This document shows positions 12,090-24,141 of a DNA stretch of 64,000 nt, piece by piece (position 1 is the first letter of the stretch; every line of letters starts with the position of its first letter). A program made the position numbers and the translations under genes. The notes under the pieces were generated by a model, which was not told the DNA's origin, did not search any database, and worked only from the letters and a program-made list of their open reading frames with translations. Location: the NCBI GenBank assembly GCA_028534125.1, contig CM052818.1, forward strand, positions 21,888,001 through 21,952,000. The letters run 5' to 3'. Source of the DNA: Lama glama (lineage: Eukaryota).

Positions 12090-13179
12090 GAAAGAAATGT
12101 TTGTTTCATTATACCCTGACAAAATGATTATGCTGCTTATTCAGTTAGACAAAATCTTCTATTTTAATAGAAATCAAATAAGTATTACCTTAATGAAGAC
12201 AGACAGGCAGCCAAGTTGTAAAAACAAAACAAAATGAAAAAAAAGTTTAGTACAACTAAATGTTTATTTTTCTTTGAGAATTTATCTTCAGAGTAATTAT
12301 TACTAGAAATGCATTAGTCGTGGTGAAAATTACATTCTTATTTTACGTGTACTTCTCTACTGGTACAGAAAAACGAAACTGGCTACGGTCACCACATGAT
12401 ACTGCTTTTGATAGTCCCAAATTAGATGAGCCACTGGTTTTGTCATTGGCAGAAAATGTCCCATCATAACTGTGAAGCTCCTGCTAAAAAAAAAAAAAAG
12501 AACCAGTAGTGTTTGTAAAACCACTGCAAAATAGAAAAACTAAATAGAAAAAAAAATGTGTAATTTGGTACCATTTGTTAATGATTTTCTTTTCAATTTT
12601 CCAGAAGACAAGAAATAATTTGATGCTAATTGTTTAAAGAGGCTGAGAGAGGTGTTACTGTCCGGTGTTAATTGTATCTTGGTAAGATAACCACACATAT
12701 AACATTTTAGATCAGGGAGAAAACCTCTTTGTAAAATTATGTTGGTTGAGAGGACAATTGTTCTATCAGGTTTAAGAGTTTCTGGCCTATGGAGATATAA
12801 GTCACTACAGACATTTCAGATGAATTTCTTTTAATAGGCTTCAGTAAGTTAACAAAATCAGTGTGCATCTTATAGTGAGAGACACACCTTTCCCTGGTAT
12901 ATAGCCTTTGAAGTGTGGCTCTAGGGACCCTATTTCCATTTTCGAGTCTCTTTAGCTTTCTCCACTAATTTTCTAGAGTTAAGGCTATCTTTAAATCTAT
13001 GGGCACTAATTTCTTAGGAAGGTAGAGGGCCCTAAGAGTAGTTAAGACTAACAATGGGAAATTTCATCTTTTGAGTTTCTTCCACCTTCCAAATTCACCA
13101 TGCATATTTATGTGGTCAAAATAAAATTCAAAACAGACATTGAAAATTACTTTTACCTTTCTCTGCAGATACTGCAAGT

Positions 13180-13875
13180 TGTCTATCCCCTGCTTACCCT
13201 TCTCTCCTTCCTTCCTAATGGAAATCCAATTTATTCAGAGTGGCAGAGTACCCAATTAAAAATGTTCACCTCACTGGTTATTTTTGCAGCTAGTGGTGGC
13301 CAGGCAACCCAGTTTTGGAAGGTAAGATAAAAGTCTACAAGATGGAATTTCCAAGGAAGCTATTGTTTTCCAGAGTACAGGGGAGTTTCCAGAGAAGCTA
13401 CTGTTTTTCTGATTCAAAGGATCAGACTCAGATGGCTTAGGACTATTGTATTCTCCATTTCTCTTTCCCCCATTTCTTCCTGCCTAGAACATGGATCTGA
13501 TGCCTGGAGGTAAAGCATCCATCTTGCAACCATGAGGACAAAAGCCACAAAGAAAGGATAGTAGAGTAGGATGCTAGAAGGAGCTTGCTGACATCCTTGA
13601 GTAGCTGTACCCATCCTAGATGGCCAGCTTCTATGATTGCCTAATAAAATGCAGGGTTTCCAGTTAAATTTGTCCCATGGGACATACTTATACTAAAAAA
13701 ATTTTTATCTGAAATTCAAATGTAACTAGATGTCCTGCATTTTCATTTGTGAAAGCTGACAACCCTACCAGCTTCTGGACTTCTTGCTCTTTGAAAACTA
13801 AAATCCTATTTGGTTAAGCTACTACTGTAGTCAGGTTTCTATCACATGAAGCTGAAGTCAATCCCTAACTGATAC
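13180..13875. mobile_element. MaLR (MLT1-type) LTR
   Basis: MLT1 motifs (ccatcttgcaaccatgaggac, tttggttaagctactact...gaagtcaatccctaactgatac). Confidence 0.7.
13632..13767. mobile_element. MER53-like hAT MITE nested in the MLT1
   Basis: Partial palindrome (cagttaaattt...gggacatacttatactaaaaaa...gacaacccta) with the perfect 8-bp TSD CCAGCTTC at 13624-13631 and 13768-13775. Confidence 0.85.
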
Positions 13876-14002
13876 ACTTAAAAAAATTTTGTTTTAAATT
13901 AATTATAATTTTCCTTAAAGCCCTGACTTTTAGATGAACTGTTTGGAATCATAAGCTACATAATATCTTCTTTCTTAGAAAATGCAATTCAGATATAGCA
14001 AT

Positions 14003-14328
14003 TGTTAAATTAATTAAACAAGGAGGTCATTAAACTGAGGTGGTTCTAATGCTTTAGTGGCCTTACATAAGCAAACCAAACCCAGTCCTGTAAATGCCTT
14101 AAGTTTACAAAATTAAAACCAGTCACAAACAGCCAATAAGATTTTTCCAAATAAGGCAAATGCTTAATCGATAGCCCAAGTCATCTCCTTGCTTTGCTTC
14201 CTTCTTCTCTTTAAAATCTTTCCCTCATTCCTGTTGGTGAACTCTCCAGTTTGGTGTTCTGATTCAAATTGATTTTTGCTCAAGTAAACTCTTCAAATTT
14301 TTAATATGCTTCAGTTTATCTTTAAACA
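14003..14328 (+). mobile_element. Solo ERV LTR, copy 2
   Basis: TG...CA ends; homologous to the reverse complement of 10230-10567. Confidence 0.75.
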
Positions 14329-15774
14329 GTTCTATGATTGGGTATTTGTTCCACCAGCAGTTGGCTCTTGAAACTTCACAGGATTAAAGACCAAAGTCAG
14401 GTGCTTTTAAATACTGTGATCAAAGATGGAAGTTCTCTAAAGGATGTGATAGTTACTCAATTGTGCTGCATTTTCCTGAGGAGATATAAGCCTTAGCCAC
14501 TCGTACCCATGACTAATGGCATGGGGAAGTAAATAAATGTCTCTCAAGTTTAACCAAAACTAACACACAAGCAAACAACAAAAAAATTATATAACATGAA
14601 ATGTAACTAACTTAATAAATTCAAAGGAAACTATCATTTATGGAATAACTGGTATATTTCTAGATTTACTTATATTCTTTACTGCACTTATAATACCAAA
14701 TGACTCAAATTTATCAAAGACACACTAATTCAATTGAATTATTGGCTACTGTACTTATCACTGTACATAAGAAAGCATAGAGCATAAAGAAGTGGAAAAT
14801 AATATGGTTTCTACCCTCTAAGAGTTACAATCTTTGGAAGGAGATAAAACTTATAGGAATCAAATACTTAAAGATGAAACATGGAAGAATAATGTAAAAA
14901 GATAAATTATGGTTAAAATGGAGGGAAATGGGAAAATGGGAGGAAATGCATCAAAATGCTAATGGTGGTTATCTCTAGAGGGTGGAGATTATGGATGATA
15001 ATTATTATTTACTTTATGCTTTTATGTATTCCTAGTTGTCTGCAATGAACATGCATTGCTTGTACAAGGAGAACGAAAACAATAAATTTCATTAATAATA
15101 AAAAAATTTAATAAAATGAAATATAAAGAACTATCAAAATATACAATGCATAAAATGGACTGTTAGGACAGAAGTTATAGGGGCAGATTTCATGGCAAAG
15201 GGGATTTGTGATGGACTTTGAGATTTGCCTGATTCATGTCTGTGACAGCTATGTAGCATCTCTGACTTAGGGCCAAGAATCTGCTTTAATGCCAGGGGTC
15301 ACCCACTACTCATATCTAATGCTATGGGGATGGTGTCACCTCCATGTGAATGGTGTCTCCTAGAGCTGTGCAAGGAGGCAGCAGTGCCGATCATTCCATA
15401 GCACACTACAGCTTGCAAGTCCAGGGTCTGACCTGTCTAAAAACAGTTTATGGAAGTGTAATAAATTTAAAGCAGCAATAAATTTGTCATTTCCATGAGT
15501 ATCCCAGCTGTACACTCTGTTCTCTTGTTCTCAGTTTTAAATGGTTCTCAAATTTTCATGTACCAGCTACAAGTTTAAGTTCTCTCTTGCAGCTATTTTT
15601 ATCACGCTGCTTGTGTAAAATAACACTCCTCATTCATAAAATGAGGCTGATAACAAAACCTTGTCCTACTTACCTAAAAATAGTTTCCTATCTGCAAAAT
15701 GGGGCTAATAATACCTACCCTATTGGTTTCACAGGGTTGTTCTGAGCATCAGATGTGATGCTATGTAAGAGCAG

Positions 15775-16245
15775 GTTGAAACTCAAAGTATTACACAAAT
15801 CAGAGGCACCCCTGTAGCTCTGCCTAGCACTGGAACCAAACCATTTGTGAGACAAACACCAACTTGTCCACTGCAATATGTTTGACTGTGAAGGGATATG
15901 GTATTTACTAGTCCACAGACCTACCAAAACGTCTCTGCTACATTTTGTGTTTACTATTTTTATAAATAGCTATTTTTAAAGGAGTTGGCAAAAGCCTATG
16001 CAACTGGTGTGGCTTATGAGTCTGCCCATAAATGGGTTAGTGTTTAAAGTCAGAAGGTGAAGTCTACTTCTCCTCTCTGATTCTTCTCAGTTTCTCACTT
16101 CTGTCCACAAAGGGTGACACTGTTCAGAGCAGAATTCTAGATAGAGTGCTTTTCTTGTAGATACTTTCTTTTCACCTCTTAAGCTGACTCCAGTTTGAAT
16201 GCATTTGGTATGATCATCGGAATTTTCTTCCCAGAAGTGAAAGAG
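15775..16245 (+). pseudogene. Candidate post-RAMA1 exons (15775-15900, 16161-16245)
   Basis: KSEAPL*LCLALEPNHL resembles the recalled ANKRD31 segment VSEDAPILPEPNSV. tttcttgtag|...LQFECIWYDHRNFLPRSER|GTATTG resembles LQINEILLISDQEFLP. Both matches are short. Confidence 0.4.
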
Positions 16246-16436
16246 GTATTGTAATACTATTCTGGGGGATGAAATGCACTCTACTGCAGGAATCAGAAAC
16301 CTGGGTTCTTGTCCCAGCTTTTGTGTGACTTTAGGTCAATCAGCTCTCTCTCTGGGGCTTCAGTCTCCCTCTCTATAAAATTCTCTCATGGTTAATTTTT
16401 TCTACATAATGTAATTGGTTTGCAGGTAACAGCTTC

Positions 16437-17265
16437 ATTGAGATATAATTTGCATACCATAGAATTCACCCATTTAAAGTGTACAGTTCAATGTTGTTTA
16501 GGATATTCACAGTTATGTGCAACCATCACCACAGTCAATTTTAGAACATTTTCATTATCTCAAGAAGAAACCCCTACCACTCTCATATCCTGCATACTAT
16601 ACTCCTCACCCCCAAACCCCAGGAAATCACTAATCAATATTCTGTCTCTATAGATTTCCCTATTCTGAATTTTCATGTAAGTGAAATCATATAATACGTG
16701 GTCTTTTGTGATTGGCTTCTTTCAGTTAGCATAATGTTTTCAAGGCTTATCCATGTTGTTTAATGTATCAGTTCTTCAGTCATTTTTTATAGCCAAATAA
16801 TATTCCATTGTATGGATATATCCTATTTGTTTATCTATTTGTCTATTGATGGACATTTGGATTATTTTCACCTTTGGGCTATAATGGATAATGCTGCTAT
16901 GAACATTTATATACAAGTTTTTGTGTAGACATAATGTTTCCATTTCTCTTGGGTGGAATTGTTGGATCATGTTTAACTCTATATTTAACTGTTTGTGGAA
17001 CTGCCAGACTGTTTTCCAAAGTAGCTGGACCATTTTACATTCCCACCAGCATTGTATTAAGGTTCCAGTTTTTCATCATCTTCATCAATACTTGTTATTG
17101 TCTGGCTTTTTGATTTCTAGCCATCTTAGTGGGTGTGAAGAGGCATCTCATTGTGGTTTTGATTTGCATATCTCTAGTAACTAATGACGTTGAGCATCTT
17201 TTCACATTCTTATTAGCCATCTGTGTATCTTCTGTGGAGAAATGTCTTTTCAGGTCCCTTCCCAT
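16437..17265 (-). mobile_element. L1MB-type 3' end
   Basis: acagcttcattgagatataattt...ccatttaaagtgtacagttcaat terminus; minus ORF 16776-17033 is L1 ORF2 C-terminus-like. Confidence 0.9.
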
Positions 17266-17283
17266 TAATATAATTATTTTTAG

Positions 17284-17574
17284 AGGATAAGTAACAAGAG
17301 AGAGAAAGCTACCTCATTGATAGATCTTCTAAAGCTGGAAAACAAAAATATAATTAAGCTAACTTTAAGTCTCTAAACTGTCGACCCTAAGTTTGTTTTT
17401 AAGCACATATATTAGAAAAGCTAAATTAGTCCTAAGTCCCTTTGTTTTCCCATTCTGTGATGTTCAGAGTAGTTACTCTATTAAAATGGCATATATCATA
17501 ATCAGTGATCTATTCCAGCATTCTGTTCCAGATATTAAAGATTCTTTTTGAGGAAATATGTCTATTTTCTGTGA
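17284..17574 (+). pseudogene. RAMA-like domain 2 exons (17284-~17368, ~17459-17574)
   Basis: ttttttag|[28 protein letters not shown], then VVTLLK/NGIYHN/SDLFQHSVPDIKDSF*GNMSIFCD. Recalled ANKRD31: KKTALVDLILLGRINPGENILEFKT...KASILLNG...GQIYKNPVTWLKDLLGGNSYVTWN. V, KD and (G>*)GN align without gaps. Confidence 0.65.
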
Positions 17575-19050
17575 TGGTGGTTCTCAAAGTGTGATCTGCC
17601 TGCCCCTGGGGGTCACCAAAATCCTTTCCGGAGGTCGATGAGATCGAAACTATTTTCCTAATAACACTAAGACATTATTTGCCTTTTTCATTATGTTGAC
17701 TTTTTTTTTTAAAAAAAAAAAGCTTTTTTTAGGGGGGAGGTAATTAGGCTTACTTATTTGTCTTTTTAAAGAACCCTTCTTAGAGGAAGTGCTGGGGATT
17801 GAACCCAGGACCTTATATATGCTAAACATGTGCTCTAACACTTGAGCTATAGTCTCCCCTCTTCATTATATTGACATTTGCACTGATGGTACAAGAGCAA
17901 TGAAGGGTAAAACTGCTGATGACTTAAAAGTAAATGAAAGCAGTTGCACCATACTGTTACAATAGCCATTACATAGTTACCGGCCAAGCATTAGCAGTAA
18001 ACGAACAAGTAAAATTTAAGATGCCAGTTTCACTAAGGAATGTTCTTAATGAAACAACTAAATTTCTTACTTTTATTCACTGTTTGACCCTGGAGTCCAT
18101 ATCTTTTTAATGTCTGTAGTGAAATGTACACATAAAGCCCTTGTGCTACATACTGAAATGGGGGGCTCTGCGGAAAAGCACTTGTTCCTTGAACTGCACG
18201 CTGAGCTAACTGCTTTTCTCATGGAACACCATTTTGACTTAAAAGAATGACTGGTAGATAGATTATAGCTATTCAAGCTTGGGTATTTGGCAGACATCTC
18301 AAAAATGAAGGAACTGGGTTTGTCATTTCAAGGAAAACAATTGACAGTATGGGTTGTCAGTGGTAAATTTGAGCTTTCAAGTAAAAATTAGAATTTTAGG
18401 AACCTTGTATCTGACACTGCAAACTTGACCATTTCCCAGTATTTAAAGACTTTTCACTGAGATCAGTGGTAATATTAATGAAGTAATTTTTTTTTTGGTT
18501 TTGTATAATGATATGTGTCAACATTTGGAAGATCTGCATAACTCAACGAACCAATATTTTCTGAATGACAGTGCATGATGGTATAAAATCATGCATAGGT
18601 AAAATGTCCATTCAAAGCATGAGATGAATTGATTTTAATATAACAAAGTATGAAATAGTCAGCTCTCAGATTCCAAACTAACCTTTAAGAAGCTACAACT
18701 TGTCAAGTTTTGATGTAATATCAAAGAATATCCATAATCATCTGAAAGACTGTTAAAAATCCTCCTCCTTTTCCAACTACCTGTGTGAGTCTAGATTTTC
18801 CTCATGTGTCTCAACCCAAACAACACATTCCAACAGATTGAATGCAGAAGCAAATATGAGAATCTGTTTTTTATAAAGCATGGCATTATGGAAATTCGCC
18901 AATAAATAAATAAACCAATGCCACTCTTCTCACCGGATTTTGTTTGTTTTGGAAAGAATTATTTTTCATAAAATATACGTTGTTAACATGTAATGAGCTT
19001 ATTACTATTTTAAATGAATGAATAAATATTTTAAAATTCTCCATCTTAAT
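17575..19050 (+). mobile_element. Charlie1a-like hAT DNA transposon
   Basis: Terminus tggtggttctcaaagtgtg..., aaactattttcctaataacactaagacattatttgcc; transposase remnants CTDG.RAM.GK and LGYLADI. Confidence 0.85.
17701..17861 (-). mobile_element. Vic-1-like SINE nested in the Charlie element
   Basis: A/B boxes on the minus strand; 14-bp TSD TTCATTATGTTGAC (17687-17700) / TTCATTATATTGAC (17862-17875). Confidence 0.9.
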
Positions 19051-20208
19051 GTCTAAGTTCTTGGTAGCTCAATAGAGATCTAAGCCACCATGGCTCTTAA
19101 CTTTTCTTTAGTAACACATTTGAGGAAAATACCATAAACCCCTCTGTAATGGTGGCTACTACTATGCAAGGAACAGTGTCATCTTAGTCTTTACTACATT
19201 CTGGGCACACAACACAGAGCCTAGCACACTGTCATTACTCAACAAATACTTTGCTGAACTGAATTGATTGGAACTATAGCACTGATCCTCAGCTCACACT
19301 GTGTTCACTCATGTTCTGCAGTACATCATTTTTCAGAGCAAGGATTTAATTTTGTTCCAAAGCAAAATAATAATCACTCTTCAAAGGCATCAAAAGAGGT
19401 AAACTTGACTCAACCACTGCCTACTAGACATAAGAGGAAAAAAAACAAATTCCAGAATCCAACCATGAAATTCATTCATTAAAAAAAGTATTTTTTTGCT
19501 TAAAATTGTCAATGACTATAAGTGCTGCTCCAGAAAGACTGGAATCAGGATGCCTATGGTCAAATTCTGGCTCCACTATTTACCATCTTTGTAAATAGGC
19601 AAGTCTTGAACTCACCCGTGCCTCAGTCTCCTCATCTGTAAAATGGATATTAATAGCTTTGTAGTTATTTTGAGAAAATAGTGAGTTAATATATATACAC
19701 AATTAGATTTTTATGTATTAGAATAGTGAATTTAGAACAATGTTTGGCACTTAGGCTAACAAATTTTCCCTATATTCCATAAAGTAGAGGAAATTGATAA
19801 AATATTTATGTTGACATGGTATATAATTATTCATAGTGAATAAAAGTACATTTGAATCTTTTAAAAACCATTATATTCATAGAAGATAATATTTGTATGG
19901 TACACTGGGTAAGCAGAGGGGCCTGCTCATGACCTAAGCTGAGACTCCCACCTCCCAGGACCTACTTAGCTATCCCACAGATGAGGGAACAATACCTCAG
20001 TATCATGTAACTCATCCACAGGCTGTATCGTTCTGCACGTCACATACACCCACACCCACACATACCCCCACATATATCCTCATATATAAACATAAATTTG
20101 TATGTTCAAAACAAACACATCTTTATTCCTGTTCCCAGGAAAACTGTTTTGGTCAGAATAAGCTATGCCATGCTGTGATGACAAAATAAATCCCCAAATC
20201 TCAGTGAC

Positions 20209-20591
20209 TGTTAGAGACTGAATTGTGTCCTTCCCCCAAATTCATATTTGAAGTCCTAACTTCCAGCATTTGGAGAGAAGGTCTTTAAAGAGATGCTTAA
20301 GTTAAAATAAGGCCTTTAAAATGGGACCCTAATCCAATATGACTGATTAGAAGAAGAGAGAGACACCAGAAGAGAGATGTGACCACACAGAGAAAAGGTC
20401 ATGTGAGAACACAGCAAGAAGGTGGCCATCTGGAAGCCAGAGACGGAGGCTTCAGGAGACACCAAACCTGCCAGGTACCTTAGCTTAGACTTGCACCCTC
20501 CAGAACTATGAAAAAATAAATTTCTGTAGTATAAACCACCCAGTCTGTGGTGTTTTTTTTTTTTTTATGGAAGCCCTAGCAAACTGACACA
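20209..20591 (+). mobile_element. MLT1A/B/C-type MaLR solo LTR nested in an older MLT1
   Basis: tgttagagactgaattgtgtcc...cagaactatgaaaaaataaatttctg...aaactgacaca, flanked by the 5-bp TSD GTGAC (20204-20208, 20592-20596). Confidence 0.9.
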
Positions 20592-23533
20592 GTGACTTAA
20601 CACAATAAAAAATTTTTTCTTACCCACTGAAAGTCCCAAGCAGATTGGTGAAACTCTCCTCAGTTTGGTGACTCAGGAAACTAGGCTCCATCTTCTGTGA
20701 CACTACCAGTACATGGTTCTGTCCCCTCTACTCCCAATCTCAGATCAGAAGGGACCTATACAGACCACGTCTGCTCACAGTCTCCTGGGAAGGACTAGTC
20801 TCATGGCCCTGACCTGACAACAAATGGAGACTGGGAAATATAGAGAAGCATATGGAATACAGGGTGAACACTATTTTCTCTACCACAAAACTAATTTATT
20901 TTGCAATCGGGTTGAAATAAATAAACAGTAGTTCCCCAATGATACAGAGTGTCTCTTAATAAGAGTAGAAACAGATCTATTTATCCCTGTGGAAAGCAGG
21001 ATTTTATTAGTATTTCATTACATACAAATGGGAATTCTTTCTATCGTTTAAAAAAAATTTGCTGATTTGTTTTCTTGTGTTACTTTTAGCCCTCTGGAGA
21101 TTTGTTTTATGGGTTTGCTTTCATCATTGAGCATGTATTACTTTACATTTCTGTTAAAGTATAATTTCCAATGAAAATAATCTCTTGACCAACCTTAGGG
21201 GAATATCAAGGAAAACCGAAAAACTCACTACTTGAATTTATATTTATTCAAGAACACTTTTGGTATCAAATCCCAACTCTTCAGACTATCCCTCAAGACA
21301 CTCCCTCAGTAATCATCCCACCCCTTTCAACACACACACACACACACGCACACGTCTTCAGCTTGTTGTCTTCTTTGAAAACAGGGGTTTTGCTCCCACC
21401 AAAACTAATTTCCATTCAAAACATTAGTATCCATTTATCTGCACACTGTACCACTTGTTGTTAGTCACGATAAATTGTTATTTTCAATTAAATAAATTAT
21501 TAGCAATAATAATGTTCCAGATTCTCAGACAAGGTCCTGATCTTAAATGCTACAGTTTTCTTATAGTCAGATTATAGACAGTCATCTTAGCTTTTACCCA
21601 CGATCATCCTGCCTGGGAGAGACTCTCCTCTTGGATCATTTGAGTCTATCTTATCTACTAATGAAAAATTGGGGACAACATAAATTTCTAGTAGTAAGGG
21701 CATACGTAGCTAAGTGAGTTATAACATACTGAGCGTATGTGGCTAATGAAAATGCCAGCAAGTAGACTCAGTCAACGTAGAAACAGACATGATAACAATA
21801 TTATGTAGAATTTATTGACTGCCTACTATATGCATAGTGCTCTGTGATTTTATGTCCATTACATTATTTAATTCAGGCCATAATCCTGGTAGCTGAGTTC
21901 TTTTTTTCTGTCTGTAAAAATTAACGAAGTTGATTTTTTAGTTTATTTATAATCTCAATACATTGTAAGCTCTTTTAAAATACTGTCTCTTGAATATATT
22001 CAGTCTCTATATTTTCTGCATTCTTCTTCCCTCCTCAGTATCTAATAAAATACTTGACACGCAATAGAAAGTAAACAGCAATCTAAGTTTCCTTCTTACC
22101 ACAAAGAGGATAAATCTTTTCACTACCTACTGTGTCTCCCACACTTTATCTCATTACATCCATTTTCCCTCTATGAGTACATGTGTTATTCTCTCTGTGC
22201 ACATGCAGACAGTCTTCTCTGACTCACACAAAGAGGAAGCAGACTCAGAGAAATTAAACAACTGGCTTGAAGTTACACAGCTAGTAGTTGGCAGAGCTTA
22301 GATTTGAGCCCAGGGCTGTCTAACTCCCAGATCCATCTATCCTTTCTACAGCACAGTGCATCTGATCTCAGATCATCATCAAGAAGAAATAAAAAGTTCA
22401 GAGTCGCAGGAGTTTTTATCGACAAAAGGGCAATCTATCAGTGATAGCCACCAGAATCACTGATGCTGAAAGTCACAACAAATGACCAGAGAAAAGCAAA
22501 ATTCCCTGAGTTTAAGAAGCTCTTTTCATTTTTTCCTATGTATCAGATTATGTTTTCTTTCTTCTTCTTTGTCAATCAATTTTACCAGAGCTGATAGTCT
22601 CTGGAGTTAGCCATTTTCTTGTGTGTGTGTGTGTGTTTTTCTTAATATTTTTGTGGTAATTATGTTTTCTTAATAAGATCAGAAAATTGTGCATTTGTTT
22701 ATTTATTCATACATTCACAAATACTTATTAGGGACCACTAACTATATTCCCAACGCTCTGGCTCTGGGGACGGAGGTGAAAGAAACAGCCCCTATTTGTA
22801 AACAGCTCACCTGGCAGTGGAACAGACAAGCAAACAGCTGTAGCAATAACAAATGGCGAGTCTATGCCTTAAGGGCAATACAGATGCTAGCTCTTCCAGC
22901 CAGCCTAGGGGAGTGAGGGAAGGCTTGCCACAAGTAACTTTCAAAGAAGATTTAGAAGTAATCTGGAAGCAGAGTCCAAACTCAGGCAGGTACAGAAATG
23001 GGGGTGGCGATGGGGTGGGAGTGAAAGAGCACAAGGAAAGGCTTGAAGAGGAGAGAAGGTGGGATATTGAAGTAGTTTGCAAATGCTGCTGGCAGTTTTC
23101 AGACTTCATGTTGCCTGAGACTTACCCCAGAGCTTGAGAGTGCAGATTTCTGGCCCCATTCCTTAGTTTCTGATTCTGTAGACCTCAGACAGGACCTAGG
23201 AATCTGTAATTTTAGTTAAGTGGTGATTTTCTTGGAGATGGTCCAAGGACTGCATTTTGAGAAACACTGAAGAAGTAAAGGAAGCGGGTGAAGGCAGGAG
23301 GTAAGGCTGGTGAAGCAGGCAAAGATAAAACCAGTCTGGCTCAGGAGTTTGAAGTGTACTTCAGGGGCAACGGGACAGAACGTTTTAAGCAAAACAGTGA
23401 ATGACATGACTAGATTGATGTTTTAGAAAATCTGGGCTACTTTGCAGAAATGCCAGAGTAGGAGATTGGGGGCTTCAACCAAGGCAGTGAGGATAACGAT
23501 AAAGAAGTGAGAATGGTTTTGAAAGATATCTTG

Positions 23534-24108
23534 AGACAGTCTACAGAGTGGGAGAAAGTAGTTGCAAACAATGCAACTGACAAGGGCTTTATTTCCAAAA
23601 TATACAAACAGCTCATACAACTCAATAACAATAAACAACCCAACCAAAAAATGGGCAGAAGACCTAAACAAACATTTCTTCAGTGAAAACATACAAGTGG
23701 CTGATAGGCATGTGAAAAGATGCTCAATATTTCTAATTATCAGAGAAATGCAAATGAAAACTACAATGAGGTATCACCTTATAGCAGTCAGAATGGCCAT
23801 CATTAAAAAGTCCACAAACAACAAATGCTGGAGAGGATGTGGAGAAAAGAGAACCCTCCTACACTGTTGGTGGGAATGTAGTTTGGTACAGCTACTATGG
23901 AAAACAGTATGGAGATTCCTTAAAAAAACTGAAAATAGACTTACCTCATGATCCAACAATCCTACTCCTGGGCATATATACAGAGGAAATTCTAATTCAA
24001 AAAGATACATGCACCCCAATATTCATAGCAGTACTATTTACAATAGCCAAGGCATGGAAGCAACCTAAATGTTCATCAACAGATGACTGGATACAGACAT
24101 TGTGGTAT

Positions 24109-24141
<33 letters not shown>

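Larger units (their letters stand above)
12369..14528 (+). pseudogene. Linker exon (12369-~12505) and RAMA-like domain 1 exons (12605-12681, 14382-14528)
   Basis: Good splice sites (caattttccag|...TTG|GTAAGA; cttcacag|...|GTAAAT). Translations: EKRNWLRSPHDTAFDSPKLDEPLVLSLAENVPS; EDKK*FDANCLKRLREVLLSGVNCIL|; D*RPKS/QVLLNTVIKDGSS...THD/AWG|. Recalled ANKRD31 RAMA: ...PGENILEFKTQ-ETTHKASILLNGKLKVESG...WNYAWSK. Confidence 0.6.

Noticed and set aside
21011..21130. Possible second ANKRD31-like C-terminal motif (YIQMGILSIV...LWRFV) as a terminal exon
   Set aside because: AT-rich, needs frameshifts and has a weak acceptor; the 19398-to-21567 phase match suggests the chain continues instead. Not fully excluded.
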